Shown piece after piece: positions 18,102 through 26,725 of a stretch of 64,000 nucleotides of DNA. Numbering within the stretch: position 1 is the stretch's first letter; every line of letters begins with the position of its first letter. Made by a program: the position numbers and the translations under genes. The notes below the pieces were generated by a model. The model worked only from the letters and a program-made list of their open reading frames with translations, was not told the DNA's origin and ran no database searches. The DNA comes from Polyangiaceae bacterium. GTDB taxonomy: Bacteria > Myxococcota_A > Polyangia > Polyangiales > Polyangiaceae. The DNA is taken from positions 94,393 to 158,392 of the forward strand of contig JAPSGB010000007.1 in the NCBI GenBank assembly GCA_035063585.1. The letters run 5' to 3'.

Positions 18102-19180
18102 TGGCCAGGCACGCTCGGTGAGGCGGCGTCGGGACCGGCAGGGCTCGGCGGCTCGGGGGCGCCCGCCTCGGGCGCTCCGATCACGGAGCGCAGCTCGGCG
18201 CGCACCGCGGACACCACGGTCAAGAACTGCTGTTTGCCCTTGGTGTCGTAGGCCGAGAGCTTGAGCGTCGCCGCCTCTCCGAGGCGCGCCGAGAGGATCA
18301 CGGCCGTGAGGCGGTCCAAGGTGAGCTCACCTTCACCTTCTCCGCGAAACTGCTCGAGCATCGCCACCGCGTCGGGATCCATCGGGTTTTTCACCTCTTG
18401 GCGTGGCGCGGCGAGCTGAACCCGGATCCGGATGGTCACGGTCCGGTCATCCATCGCGACCAAGGTCATGTCCGACACCTGGATGGTCCGCACGCCTTGA
18501 CGCTCGGTCGGGTCCGAGAAGCGCCAGTGCGCCCCGATCCCCACCGGGCCCGGGGGAAGTCGGAAGGGGAAATGACGCTGGGTGGCCCAGAGGTTGTCGA
18601 TCATCTGCTTGATGCGAGCCGGCGGCACGACGCCGCCCACCGTCTCGGTGTCCACCTCGACGATGGCGCCGTCTTCCCCGACGAGCTGGCGCATGGTGGT
18701 GCCCACCAAGGAGGAGAGCGCGTCGTTGGTCTTCTGCAGCAGCTCGGGCGGGGCGCTCGGGTTCCTCACCTCGAGCGACTCGACCACCGCGCGCTCCTCC
18801 ACCAAGCGAGCACCGCCGTCGGGGCCGGGCCGAACCACCGGGTCGGCGGTGCCGTGTAGCACCTCGAACCGCACCTTCATCACCGCCGACGGCGGGTTCG
18901 GCGCCGGCGCGCCTGCCGCGCTGACCGAGGTCCGATTGGTGAGCTCGCTCGTGTACACGAGACCAGCCCATCGCCCGACCGAGATGGTGACGAGCGGTGG
19001 ACGGCCGGCATCGAGGAGCTCGACGCTCGCGACCTGGGCGTCACTCTGCTCGACGGCTGCCTGCTTCTTGCCGCAGCGTGAGCTGCACGACGAGAGGACG
19101 AGCGCCGGGGCGAGCCACGCGATGATGACGAGCGGGCGCGCTCGCCGACGGCGCGGCAGGGAGTGCTCCGGATCGCTCAT
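18098..19180 (-). CDS. Putative lipoprotein of unknown function (DUF6263-like)
   Basis: Basic N-terminus, hydrophobic stretch and LVLSSC lipobox-like motif; beta-rich body with FPFRLPPGPVGIGAHW. Confidence 0.5.
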   Translation of the reverse strand: MSDPEHSLPRRRRARPLVIIAWLAPALVLSSCSSRCGKKQAAVEQSDAQVASVELLDAGRPPLVTISVGRWAGLVYTSELTNRTSVSAAGAPAPNPPSAVMKVRFEVLHGTADPVVRPGPDGGARLVEERAVVESLEVRNPSAPPELLQKTNDALSSLVGTTMRQLVGEDGAIVEVDTETVGGVVPPARIKQMIDNLWATQRHFPFRLPPGPVGIGAHWRFSDPTERQGVRTIQVSDMTLVAMDDRTVTIRIRVQLAAPRQEVKNPMDPDAVAMLEQFRGEGEGELTLDRLTAVILSARLGEAATLKLSAYDTKGKQQFLTVVSAVRAELRSVIGAPEAGAPEPPSPAGPDAASPSVPGQ

Positions 19181-19193
19181 GACTCACTCCAGC

Positions 19194-20258
19194 TCATCCT
19201 GCGGGGCGCTTGCCGCTGAGCGCGATCCACTCGGAGAGCTCGCCGCGGATGATCCGGGGCGCGGCGCGTAGCCCAGCGAGCTCGGCCGCTCCTACCAGCA
19301 GCATGGTCGTGCGAAGCTCGGCCTCGACGCGTTCGAGCAACTCGAGCGCGCCGGCGCGCCCGCCGCGCTCGAGCGCCTGCAGTACCGGGCGCGCCAGCCC
19401 GCCCGCGCTGGCGCCGAGCGCGATCGCCTTGGCGACGTCGAGCCCGCTCTTCATGCCACCGGTCGCGAAGATCGTCTCGAAGCCGTGGGGAGCGACCAGC
19501 GCCACGCTGGCGGCGGTCGGGATACCCCACTCGCGGAACACCTCGCCGAGCGCCTTATGACCGGCCTCGGCCCGATGCATCTCCACCGCGACCCACGAGG
19601 TGCCGCCGGCGCCGGACACGTCCACGTGCCGAACCCCGACCGAGCGCACGCGACGTGCCACGCCGCTCGACAAGCCGCAGCCCGTCTCCTTGACGACGAT
19701 CGGCACGGGCAGCTCCCCGACGAGCCGCGCGAGGGTCTCGAGCCCGCCCTGGAAATCCCGGTCACCCTCCGGCTGCACGACCTCCATCGCGGGGTTCAGA
19801 TGCACGCAGAGCGCGTCGGCCCCCACGCTCTCGACCAACTCGGCGAGCTCGAGCGAGCTCATGGCGCGCGCCTGCACGAGCCCGACGTTGCCGAGCACGA
19901 GCGCCTCGGGGGCGAGGTCCCTGACCGCGTACGTCACCCGCGACGCCCGATCCTTGTGCATCGCGCGCTGGCTACCGAGCCCGAACGCGTAGCCCCGCTC
20001 TTCGGCGATGGAGGCGAGCTCTCTATTTATGTCCTGCGCTCGAGCCGTGCCCCCCGTCATCGCGGCGATGAGGAGCGGCGCGCGGAGGCGCTTTCCGAGC
20101 ACCCGGCACGAGGTGTCGATCGCGTCGCAGTCGAGCTCCGGCAGCGCGTCGTGCACGAGCCGGACATCGTCGAAGAGGGTCGTCGTCTCGTGAAACGCGA
20201 CGTCGCCCCGAGTCGCGAGCTCCAGGTGATCGGCCTTACGCGAGGAGAGATCCGCCAT
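19194..20258 (-). CDS. fni: Type 2 (FMN-dependent) isopentenyl-diphosphate delta-isomerase
   Basis: RKADHL, AMTGG, GSQRAM, HLNPAMEVVQPEGDRDF, VKETGCG, DVSGAGGTSW, WGIPTA. Confidence 0.95.
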   Translation of the reverse strand: MADLSSRKADHLELATRGDVAFHETTTLFDDVRLVHDALPELDCDAIDTSCRVLGKRLRAPLLIAAMTGGTARAQDINRELASIAEERGYAFGLGSQRAMHKDRASRVTYAVRDLAPEALVLGNVGLVQARAMSSLELAELVESVGADALCVHLNPAMEVVQPEGDRDFQGGLETLARLVGELPVPIVVKETGCGLSSGVARRVRSVGVRHVDVSGAGGTSWVAVEMHRAEAGHKALGEVFREWGIPTAASVALVAPHGFETIFATGGMKSGLDVAKAIALGASAGGLARPVLQALERGGRAGALELLERVEAELRTTMLLVGAAELAGLRAAPRIIRGELSEWIALSGKRPAG

Positions 20259-20334
20259 CGTTCGTCCGAGCAGCTCACGGGTCTTAGCGGAAAACCGCCC
20301 GCGACGCACCGCTCGGGAGCGGGAGCTCGTCCAA

Positions 20335-20363
20335 TTGACAGGGTTCCCCTGGGTCCATACCCT
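20335..20363 (+). promoter_or_regulatory. Sigma70-type promoter for the prenyltransferase-mevalonate operon
   Basis: TTGACA (20335-20340), 17-nt spacer, TACCCT (20358-20363), 11 nt before the ATG at 20375. Confidence 0.6.
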
Positions 20364-20374
20364 AGGCGGACAAA

Positions 20375-21487
20375 ATGCCTTCGAGGTCGGGGACTTCCAG
20401 AGGTGATGCGGGCGGCCGCCGCGGGCGCGGGCCGCACGCTAAGCCGCTCGCCTCGAACCCTTTCGTGGCGCTCCTGCAGGAGGTTCGCGGAGACGTCGAC
20501 CGACGCCTCGAGCGCTTCCTCGACGGGCAGCTCGCGGAGGTGGTCCGGCACGGGCCGGAGGTGGTGACCATGGTCTCGGCCATCCGCGATCTGGTGCTGC
20601 GCGGCGGCAAGCGCCTCCGACCAGCCTTGCTCGCCACCGGCTATCGCGCGATGAGCGCCACCCTACCCCTCGAGCCCGCGCTCGGCGCCGGCGTGGCGGT
20701 CGAGCTCCTGCAGGCCTATTTTCTCATCCACGACGACTGGATGGATCAGGACGACCTCCGGCGCGGCGGGCCCGCGGTCCACGCGCTGCTCGCCAAGCGC
20801 TTCCGCTCACGCCGCCTCGGCCATGCCTCCGGGATCCTCGCGGGGGACTACGCCGCGGCGCTCGCCACCCTGGCGCTCGCGACCGTCGACGCGCCGCCCG
20901 CCGCCGCGCGGCAGGTCTTCACCGCCTTCGCTCGCATGCAGCTCGATGCCGTGACCGGTCAGCAGCTCGACCTCATCGGCCAAACGAACGACATCGAGGC
21001 CGCGTACACGTTGAAGACCTCGAGCTACACCGTCCGCGGCCCGCTCGGCCTCGGCGCGCTGCTCGCTGGCGCGACGCCGCGCAAGCTCGCGGTGCTCGAT
21101 CGCTACGCGCTCCCCATCGGCATCGCCTTCCAGCTCCGTGACGATCTCCTCTCGGCGTTCGGTGATCCCGAAGAGACCGGCAAGCCGTTCGGAAGCGACT
21201 TGAAGAGCGGCAAGCGCACCGTCCTGCTCACCACCGCGCTCGAGCGCACCCGCGGCCGCGCGCATCGGGTGCTCGCCGGCGTGGTCGGCAACCCGCGCGC
21301 GACCGAGGCCGAGCTGCGCCGCGCGGTGAGCGAGCTCGAGCGCTCGGGCGCGCGAAGCGCGGTCGAAGAGCGGATCGACGCGCTCCGCGATCAGGCGCTC
21401 GCGGCGCTTTCGGGCGCGCGGCTCTCCCGCGACGGACACGCGCTGCTCGAGGGCGCCGCGCGCGCCATGACCGAGCGAACCAGCTGA
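20375..21487 (+). CDS. Short-chain trans-polyprenyl diphosphate synthase (FPP/GGPP synthase)
   Basis: GGKRLRP, FARM HDDWMDQDDLRRG, GQQLD, KTSSYT, SARM FQLRDDLL, GKPFGSDL..GKRT. Confidence 0.9.
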   Translation: MPSRSGTSRGDAGGRRGRGPHAKPLASNPFVALLQEVRGDVDRRLERFLDGQLAEVVRHGPEVVTMVSAIRDLVLRGGKRLRPALLATGYRAMSATLPLEPALGAGVAVELLQAYFLIHDDWMDQDDLRRGGPAVHALLAKRFRSRRLGHASGILAGDYAAALATLALATVDAPPAAARQVFTAFARMQLDAVTGQQLDLIGQTNDIEAAYTLKTSSYTVRGPLGLGALLAGATPRKLAVLDRYALPIGIAFQLRDDLLSAFGDPEETGKPFGSDLKSGKRTVLLTTALERTRGRAHRVLAGVVGNPRATEAELRRAVSELERSGARSAVEERIDALRDQALAALSGARLSRDGHALLEGAARAMTERTS

Positions 21488-21495
21488 CGATAGCC

Positions 21496-22392
21496 ATGGG
21501 TCGCGCTTACGGAAAGGTCATCCTCCTCGGAGAGCACGCGGTCGTCTACGGCGTCCCCGCGATCGCCGCCGGGCTCGATCGCGGCGCCCACGCCAGGGCC
21601 ACGCTCGACGAAGCGCCCTCGCTCGTCATCGCCGGCGCGCCGGTGACCCCGAGCGACGGCAGCGAGCTCGGCCGCGCGTTCGGCGCCATCCTGGAGTCGC
21701 TCGAGGCGCCGGCGCTCCGCGTCGAGCTCGACCTCGAGCTCCCCGCTGGGTGCGGGCTCGGCGCGTCGGCCGCGATGGGCGCCGCCACCGCGCGCGCCGT
21801 GCTCGAGGCGCTCGGCCGCGACGCGACTCCGCGCGCCGTGCTCACCGCGACCGAGGCCTGGGAGCGGGTGTTTCACGGAAACCCCTCGGGCATCGACGCC
21901 GCCGCGGCCACGCTCGGCGGCTGCCTCGTCTTCTCGCGCGCCGATGGGCCGCGCGCGCTCGCGGTCGCGCGTCCTCTGAACCTCGCCATCGGCCTCGCCG
22001 GTCCTCCAGCCCCGACGCGCGCGATGGTGGAGAGCGTCGCCCGCCTGAGCGAGCGCCGGCCGGCGTTGGTGGAGAAATCACTCGAGGGGATCCGGTCCCT
22101 GGTGACGGGGGCTTGTCTTGCCATCGCGGCCGGCGACGCTGCGAGCCTGGGCAAGCTGCTCGATTTGAACCAGATGCTCTTGGCCGGCCTGCTCGTGTCC
22201 ACCGAGGAGCTCGAGCTCGCGTGCCGGATCGCGCGCGAGGCGGGCGCGCTCGGTGCCAAGCTGACCGGCGCGGGCGGCGGCGGCGCCGTCGTCGCGCTCA
22301 CGGGCGCGAGCCCGGAGCCGGTGCTCGAGGCATGGCGGCGGCGCGGGATCGAGGGATTTTCAGCCCGAGTAGACGCGAGCGGAGCACCATGA
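21496..22392 (+). CDS. mvk: Mevalonate kinase
   Basis: GKVILLGEHAVVYG, PAGCGLGASAA (GHMP motif), HGNPSGID, GAKLTGAGGGG. Confidence 0.93.
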   Translation: MGRAYGKVILLGEHAVVYGVPAIAAGLDRGAHARATLDEAPSLVIAGAPVTPSDGSELGRAFGAILESLEAPALRVELDLELPAGCGLGASAAMGAATARAVLEALGRDATPRAVLTATEAWERVFHGNPSGIDAAAATLGGCLVFSRADGPRALAVARPLNLAIGLAGPPAPTRAMVESVARLSERRPALVEKSLEGIRSLVTGACLAIAAGDAASLGKLLDLNQMLLAGLLVSTEELELACRIAREAGALGAKLTGAGGGGAVVALTGASPEPVLEAWRRRGIEGFSARVDASGAP

Positions 22393-23378
22393 GCGAGCCC
22401 ATCGGCAGCGCGCGCGCGGTCGCGTGCTCGAACATCGCCCTCGCCAAGTACTGGGGAAAGCTAGACGTCGAGCGCAACCTGCCGGCGGTCCCGAGCCTGT
22501 CGCTCACCTTGGCCGGCATGCAGACCCGCACCCGGGTCACGTTTCACGCTGGCGCGGGGGCGGATCGCGGAACCCTCGACGGGGCCCCGCTCACCGATCG
22601 GCCGCTCGCTCGCGTGACGGCGCTCCTCGATCGGGTCCGCGCGCGCGCCACGCTCACCGGGTGGGCCGAGATCGAGACCACCAACGATTTCCCGACCGCC
22701 GCCGGGCTCGCCTCGAGCGCGTCCGGCTTCGCCGCCCTCGCGCTGGCCGCGAGCCGCGCCGCCGGGCTCGAACTGCCTCTCGAGGAGGTGAGCGCGCTCG
22801 CTCGAGCCTCGAGCGCCTCGGCGGCGCGCTCGCTCTTCGGCGGCTTCGCGGCGCTCGCGGCGGGGGCCGATCGCGCGGAGCGGGTTGCGCCGCCCGACTA
22901 CTTTCCGCTGGTCATGCTGGTCGCGGTGACCCAGCGCGGCCAAAAACCAGTCGGCTCGACCGAGGGCATGCAGCTCACGGCGCAGACGAGCCCCTACTAC
23001 CCGGCGTGGCTAGACCGCGCGCCGTCGCTCTTCGAGACGGCGCGCCGCGCGGTGCTCGCGCGCGACCTGCCGGCCCTCGGCGCCGCGATGGAGCAGAGCA
23101 CGCTCATGATGCACGCCTCGATGCTCGCCGCCTCACCGGCCGTCATCTACTTCGCACCTGCGACGCTCGCGGTCATCGAGCGGGTACAGAGGCTCCGCGC
23201 GGGCGGTGCGCGCGCGTGGTTCACGATGGACGCCGGACCGCACGTGAAGGTCCTGGTCGAGCCCGACCGCGCGGACGACGTGGCGGCGGAGCTCGAGGCG
23301 GTGAGCGGGGTCCAGCGGCTCATCCGCTGCGCTCCCGGCCCCGACGCGGCGCTCGTGGAGGAGGGGGCGGCGTGGTAG
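22389..23378 (+). CDS. mvaD: Diphosphomevalonate decarboxylase
   Basis: SNIALAKYWGK, SLSLTL, NDFPTAAGLASSASG, STEGM, TMDAGPHVKV. ATG at 22389 overlaps the mvk stop. Confidence 0.93.
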   Translation: MSEPIGSARAVACSNIALAKYWGKLDVERNLPAVPSLSLTLAGMQTRTRVTFHAGAGADRGTLDGAPLTDRPLARVTALLDRVRARATLTGWAEIETTNDFPTAAGLASSASGFAALALAASRAAGLELPLEEVSALARASSASAARSLFGGFAALAAGADRAERVAPPDYFPLVMLVAVTQRGQKPVGSTEGMQLTAQTSPYYPAWLDRAPSLFETARRAVLARDLPALGAAMEQSTLMMHASMLAASPAVIYFAPATLAVIERVQRLRAGGARAWFTMDAGPHVKVLVEPDRADDVAAELEAVSGVQRLIRCAPGPDAALVEEGAAW

Positions 23379-24283
23379 TCGCGCGCGCGCCGGGCAAGCT
23401 CGTCATCTCTGGCGCGTACGCGGTACTCGACCGCGCGCCCGCCATCGTCACCGCGGTCGATCGCTACGTCGAGGCCGACAGCGAGCGAGCCGCCGAGTTT
23501 CTGACACCCGAGGTCGGCGTGGCGCTCGCCGGCGCGCCCGCGCCCGGCTTCGACGCCGCTGCGCTCCGCGCCGACGGGCGGAAGCTCGGGCTCGGCTCGA
23601 GCGCTGCCATCCTGGTCGCGTCGCTCGCGGTGCGCGAGCTCGCGCGGCGACCAGGGCTCGATGATCGCGCGCTCGCGGACGCGGTGCTCGCCCCCGCCCT
23701 CGCTGCTCATCGCCAGGCGCAGGGCGGCGGGAGCGGCGTCGACGTGGCTGCGAGCGCTCGGGGCGGGACGCTCATCGCCGCGCGCGACGGCGAGGGCCTC
23801 TCGCTCGAGGCGGCCGCCCTCCCGCCGGGGCTCGTGCTCGAGGTCTGGGCCGCCGAGCGCCCGGCGTCGACCGCCGACCTCATCCGTCGCGTGTTCGCCC
23901 TCGCGGCGCGGGACGCGTCGCTCTTTCGGCGCCTCCTCGACGCGCAGGCCGACGCCGCCGAGCGCGCCGCCGCCGCGACTCGCGCCGGTAGCGCCGAGGC
24001 CCTCCTCGACGCGCTCGCGCGGCAGGCGAGCTGTCTCGCCCGGCTCGGCGAGGCCGCCGGCGCGCCGATCGTCACCCCGGAGGTCGCACGCCTCGGGGCT
24101 CGCGCGCGGGAGGCGGGCGCCACCGTGCTGCCCGCCGGAGCGGGCGGCGGCGACGTGGCGCTCTACGCCGGGCTCGCGCCGCCCCGACCCCAGCTGCGCG
24201 AGCTCGCGGAGACGCTCCGCCACCGCCGGCTCGACGTCACTCTCGGCGCGCGAGGAGTGCACGCCGCCCCCGAAGCGCGCTAG
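23372..24283 (+). CDS. Phosphomevalonate kinase (GHMP kinase family)
   Basis: APGKLVISGAYAVL, KLGLGSSAA, GSGVDVAAS, GAGGGD; lies within the mevalonate operon; GTG at 23372 overlaps the mvaD end. Confidence 0.8.
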   Translation: MVVARAPGKLVISGAYAVLDRAPAIVTAVDRYVEADSERAAEFLTPEVGVALAGAPAPGFDAAALRADGRKLGLGSSAAILVASLAVRELARRPGLDDRALADAVLAPALAAHRQAQGGGSGVDVAASARGGTLIAARDGEGLSLEAAALPPGLVLEVWAAERPASTADLIRRVFALAARDASLFRRLLDAQADAAERAAAATRAGSAEALLDALARQASCLARLGEAAGAPIVTPEVARLGARAREAGATVLPAGAGGGDVALYAGLAPPRPQLRELAETLRHRRLDVTLGARGVHAAPEAR

Positions 24284-24295
24284 ATCGCGGGCGCG

Positions 24296-25588
24296 ATGAC
24301 CGACGGCTCGCGGATCCCTGGATTTCACAAGCTCCCTCTCGACGAGCGGCGCGCGCGCGTCTGCGAGCGTGCCGGCGTCGCCCTGGAAGAGCTGGCGCGC
24401 GCGGTCGAGGGCGGCGGGCTCGATGCGCGCGCCGCCGACAAGGTGGTCGAGAACGTACTCGGCGTCTACGGGCTGCCGTTCGGCGTCGCGCTGAACGTCC
24501 GCGTGAACGGCGTGGATCGCCTGGTGCCGATGGTGGTCGAGGAGCCGAGCGTGATCGCCGCGGCGTCCAACGCAGCACGGATGGTCCGCGCGAGCGGCGG
24601 GTTCGAGGCGGAGATGCTCGAAGATCTGATGACCAGTCAGGTCCAGCTCTACGACGTCGCCGACCCGCGCGCGGCGCTCGAGGCGCTCACCGGCGCGGCG
24701 GACGACCTCCTCGCGCTCGGGGCCCGCGCGGTTCCGGGTCTCACCCAGCGCGGCGGCGGTCCGCGCGCGATCGAGGTGCGCGATCTCGGCGAGGGCGCGG
24801 TGGTGGTGCATGTGCTGGTGGATTGCCGCGACGCGATGGGCGCGAACCTCGTCAACACCATCGCCGAGACCATCGGGCCGCGCTGCGCGGAGCTCTCCCG
24901 AGGCAAGCTGGGGCTCAGGATCCTCTCGAACCTCTCGGATCGCCGCCGGGTCCGGGTTCGCTGCCGCGTCCGCGCGCGCGAGCTCGCGGTGCGGCGCCGC
25001 TCGCCGGGCGACGCCTCCCACGACGGCTCCGCGGTAATCGACGGGATCGTGCAGGCCTCGCGCTTCGCCGAGCTCGATCCGTACCGCGCCGCCACCCACA
25101 ACAAGGGCATCATGAACGGAGTCGACGCGGTGGTGCTCGCTACCGGCAACGACTTTCGCGCGGTCGAGGCCGGCGCCCACGCCTACGCCGCGCGGTCGGG
25201 CCGCTACTCGCCGCTCGCCACCTGGCGCCGAGACGGAGACGAGCTGCGCGGCGAGCTCGAGATGCCGCTCGCGCTCGGCACCGTCGGCGGTACACTGCGC
25301 GTCCACCCGGTGGCGCGCCTCGCGCTCGCCATCCTGGGCGTCGAGCGGGCGAGCGAGCTCTCGCTCATCGCCGCCTCGGTGGGGCTCGCCTCGAACCTGG
25401 CCGCGCTCCGCGCGCTCGCCACCGAGGGCATCCAGCGCGGGCACATGTCGCTGCACGCGCGCTCGGTGGCCGCCGCCGCGGGCGCCATGGGCGACGAGGT
25501 CGAGGCGATCGCCGCGCTCATCGCCGACCGCGGGGCCATCACGCTCGAGGCCGCCCAGGCGGCGCTCGAGGAGCTTCGTGACGGCTGA
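24296..25588 (+). CDS. mvaA: Class II HMG-CoA reductase
   Basis: VENVLG, EEPSVIAA, DAMGANLVN, ILSNL, RAATHNKGIMNG, GNDFRAVEA, GIQRGHMSLH. Confidence 0.93.
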   Translation: MTDGSRIPGFHKLPLDERRARVCERAGVALEELARAVEGGGLDARAADKVVENVLGVYGLPFGVALNVRVNGVDRLVPMVVEEPSVIAAASNAARMVRASGGFEAEMLEDLMTSQVQLYDVADPRAALEALTGAADDLLALGARAVPGLTQRGGGPRAIEVRDLGEGAVVVHVLVDCRDAMGANLVNTIAETIGPRCAELSRGKLGLRILSNLSDRRRVRVRCRVRARELAVRRRSPGDASHDGSAVIDGIVQASRFAELDPYRAATHNKGIMNGVDAVVLATGNDFRAVEAGAHAYAARSGRYSPLATWRRDGDELRGELEMPLALGTVGGTLRVHPVARLALAILGVERASELSLIAASVGLASNLAALRALATEGIQRGHMSLHARSVAAAAGAMGDEVEAIAALIADRGAITLEAAQAALEELRDG

Positions 25589-25633
25589 GCCCTCGCTGCT
25601 CTCGCGGCGGCCCCGCGCTAGACTCCGCGCCTC

Positions 25634-26725
25634 ATGAAGACCCTGATGGAGCTCGTCGCCCCCGAGCTCGGCGCGCTCGGCCCGTACGTCCCGCACGCGG
25701 GCCGGTTCGCGGTACGCCTCGACGCCAACGAGGCGCCGCCCCTCTTCTCGCCGGAGACGCGCGCGCTGCTCGGCGAGGAGGCCGCCCGGTGCGCCTGGGA
25801 GCGCTACCCGGACGCGACCGCGAGCGAGCTCCGACGAGCGATCGCCACGCACGACGGCGTGACTCCCGAAGAAGTGGTGGTCGGCGTAGGCAGCGACGAG
25901 CTCATCGCGCTGCTGCTCACCGTGCTCCGCGTCCCGCGCGGCGCGGCGCCGAGCGCGCGCCTGCTCACCACCACGCCCACCTTCGTGATGTACCGGCTGA
26001 GCGCGCGAGTTCGCGGCGTCGCGGTGATGGAGGTGCCGCTCGACTCCGCCTGGGATCTCGCCGAAGAGAGCCTCACGCGCGCCGTCGAGATGTCTCCGCC
26101 GAACCTGGTGTTCATCGCCAGCCCGAACAACCCGACCGGCACCATGGCCACGCTCGAGCGCCTCGAGCGGCTGATCCAGGTCGCGGAGGGCGCGCTGGTC
26201 GTGCTCGACGAGGCGTACATCGACTACGCGGCGAGCCCGAACGCGCAGCGCGCGCTCTATCGCAAGTACGACAACGTCGCCATCCTCCGAACCCTCTCGA
26301 AGGTCGGGTTCGCCGCGCTCCGCGTGGGCTGGCTCATCGCCGCCCCCGCGCTCTGCCGGGAGCTCGAGAAGGCGAGGCTCCCCTACAACCTCGCCACCGT
26401 CTCGCAACGGCTCGCAACGGTGGCTCTCACGCGCCTCGCGGAGGAGCGCGCGCGTCTGGCCGCGAGCGTCATCGGCGAGCGCGAGCGCGTCACGGCGGCG
26501 CTCGGCGGGCTCGCCGGCGTCACGGCGACCCCGAGCCAGGCGAATTTCTTGTGGGTTCGCACCGAGCTCCCCGCGGGCGAGGTGTTCCAGGGCCTCGCCG
26601 AGCGCGGGATCTTGGTGCGAAGCTTCCACGAGCGCGGCGGCCGGCTCGCCCACCAGCTCCGCGTCACCATCGGTACGCCGTCCGAGAACGACGCCTTCCT
26701 CGCGGCGCTCGCCGAGGTGACGTGA
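25634..26725 (+). CDS. hisC: Histidinol-phosphate aminotransferase
   Basis: LDANE, YPD, GSDELI, PNNPTG, DEAY, RTLSKVGFAALRVG (PLP lysine), ANF, LRVTIGT. Confidence 0.88.
   Translation: MKTLMELVAPELGALGPYVPHAGRFAVRLDANEAPPLFSPETRALLGEEAARCAWERYPDATASELRRAIATHDGVTPEEVVVGVGSDELIALLLTVLRVPRGAAPSARLLTTTPTFVMYRLSARVRGVAVMEVPLDSAWDLAEESLTRAVEMSPPNLVFIASPNNPTGTMATLERLERLIQVAEGALVVLDEAYIDYAASPNAQRALYRKYDNVAILRTLSKVGFAALRVGWLIAAPALCRELEKARLPYNLATVSQRLATVALTRLAEERARLAASVIGERERVTAALGGLAGVTATPSQANFLWVRTELPAGEVFQGLAERGILVRSFHERGGRLAHQLRVTIGTPSENDAFLAALAEVT

Noticed and set aside
21750..24283. Apparent long N-terminal extensions or fusions of mvaD and phosphomevalonate kinase (also nuoF, the nucleotidase, OmpA, the TPR protein and 6412-8766)
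   Set aside because: ORF-caller extensions into the upstream gene in another frame; the true starts sit at or near stop/start overlaps
10722..25588. Archaeal-type ether lipid or carotenoid/hopanoid pathway
   Set aside because: No GGGP synthase, UbiA-type DGGGP synthase, G1P dehydrogenase, phytoene/squalene synthase or cyclase recognisable in the window
23147..26653. 1168-aa minus-strand ORF
   Set aside because: Antisense shadow of the phosphomevalonate kinase, mvaA and hisC genes. Arg/Ala/Gly-rich with no motifs, as expected from stop-codon scarcity at high GC
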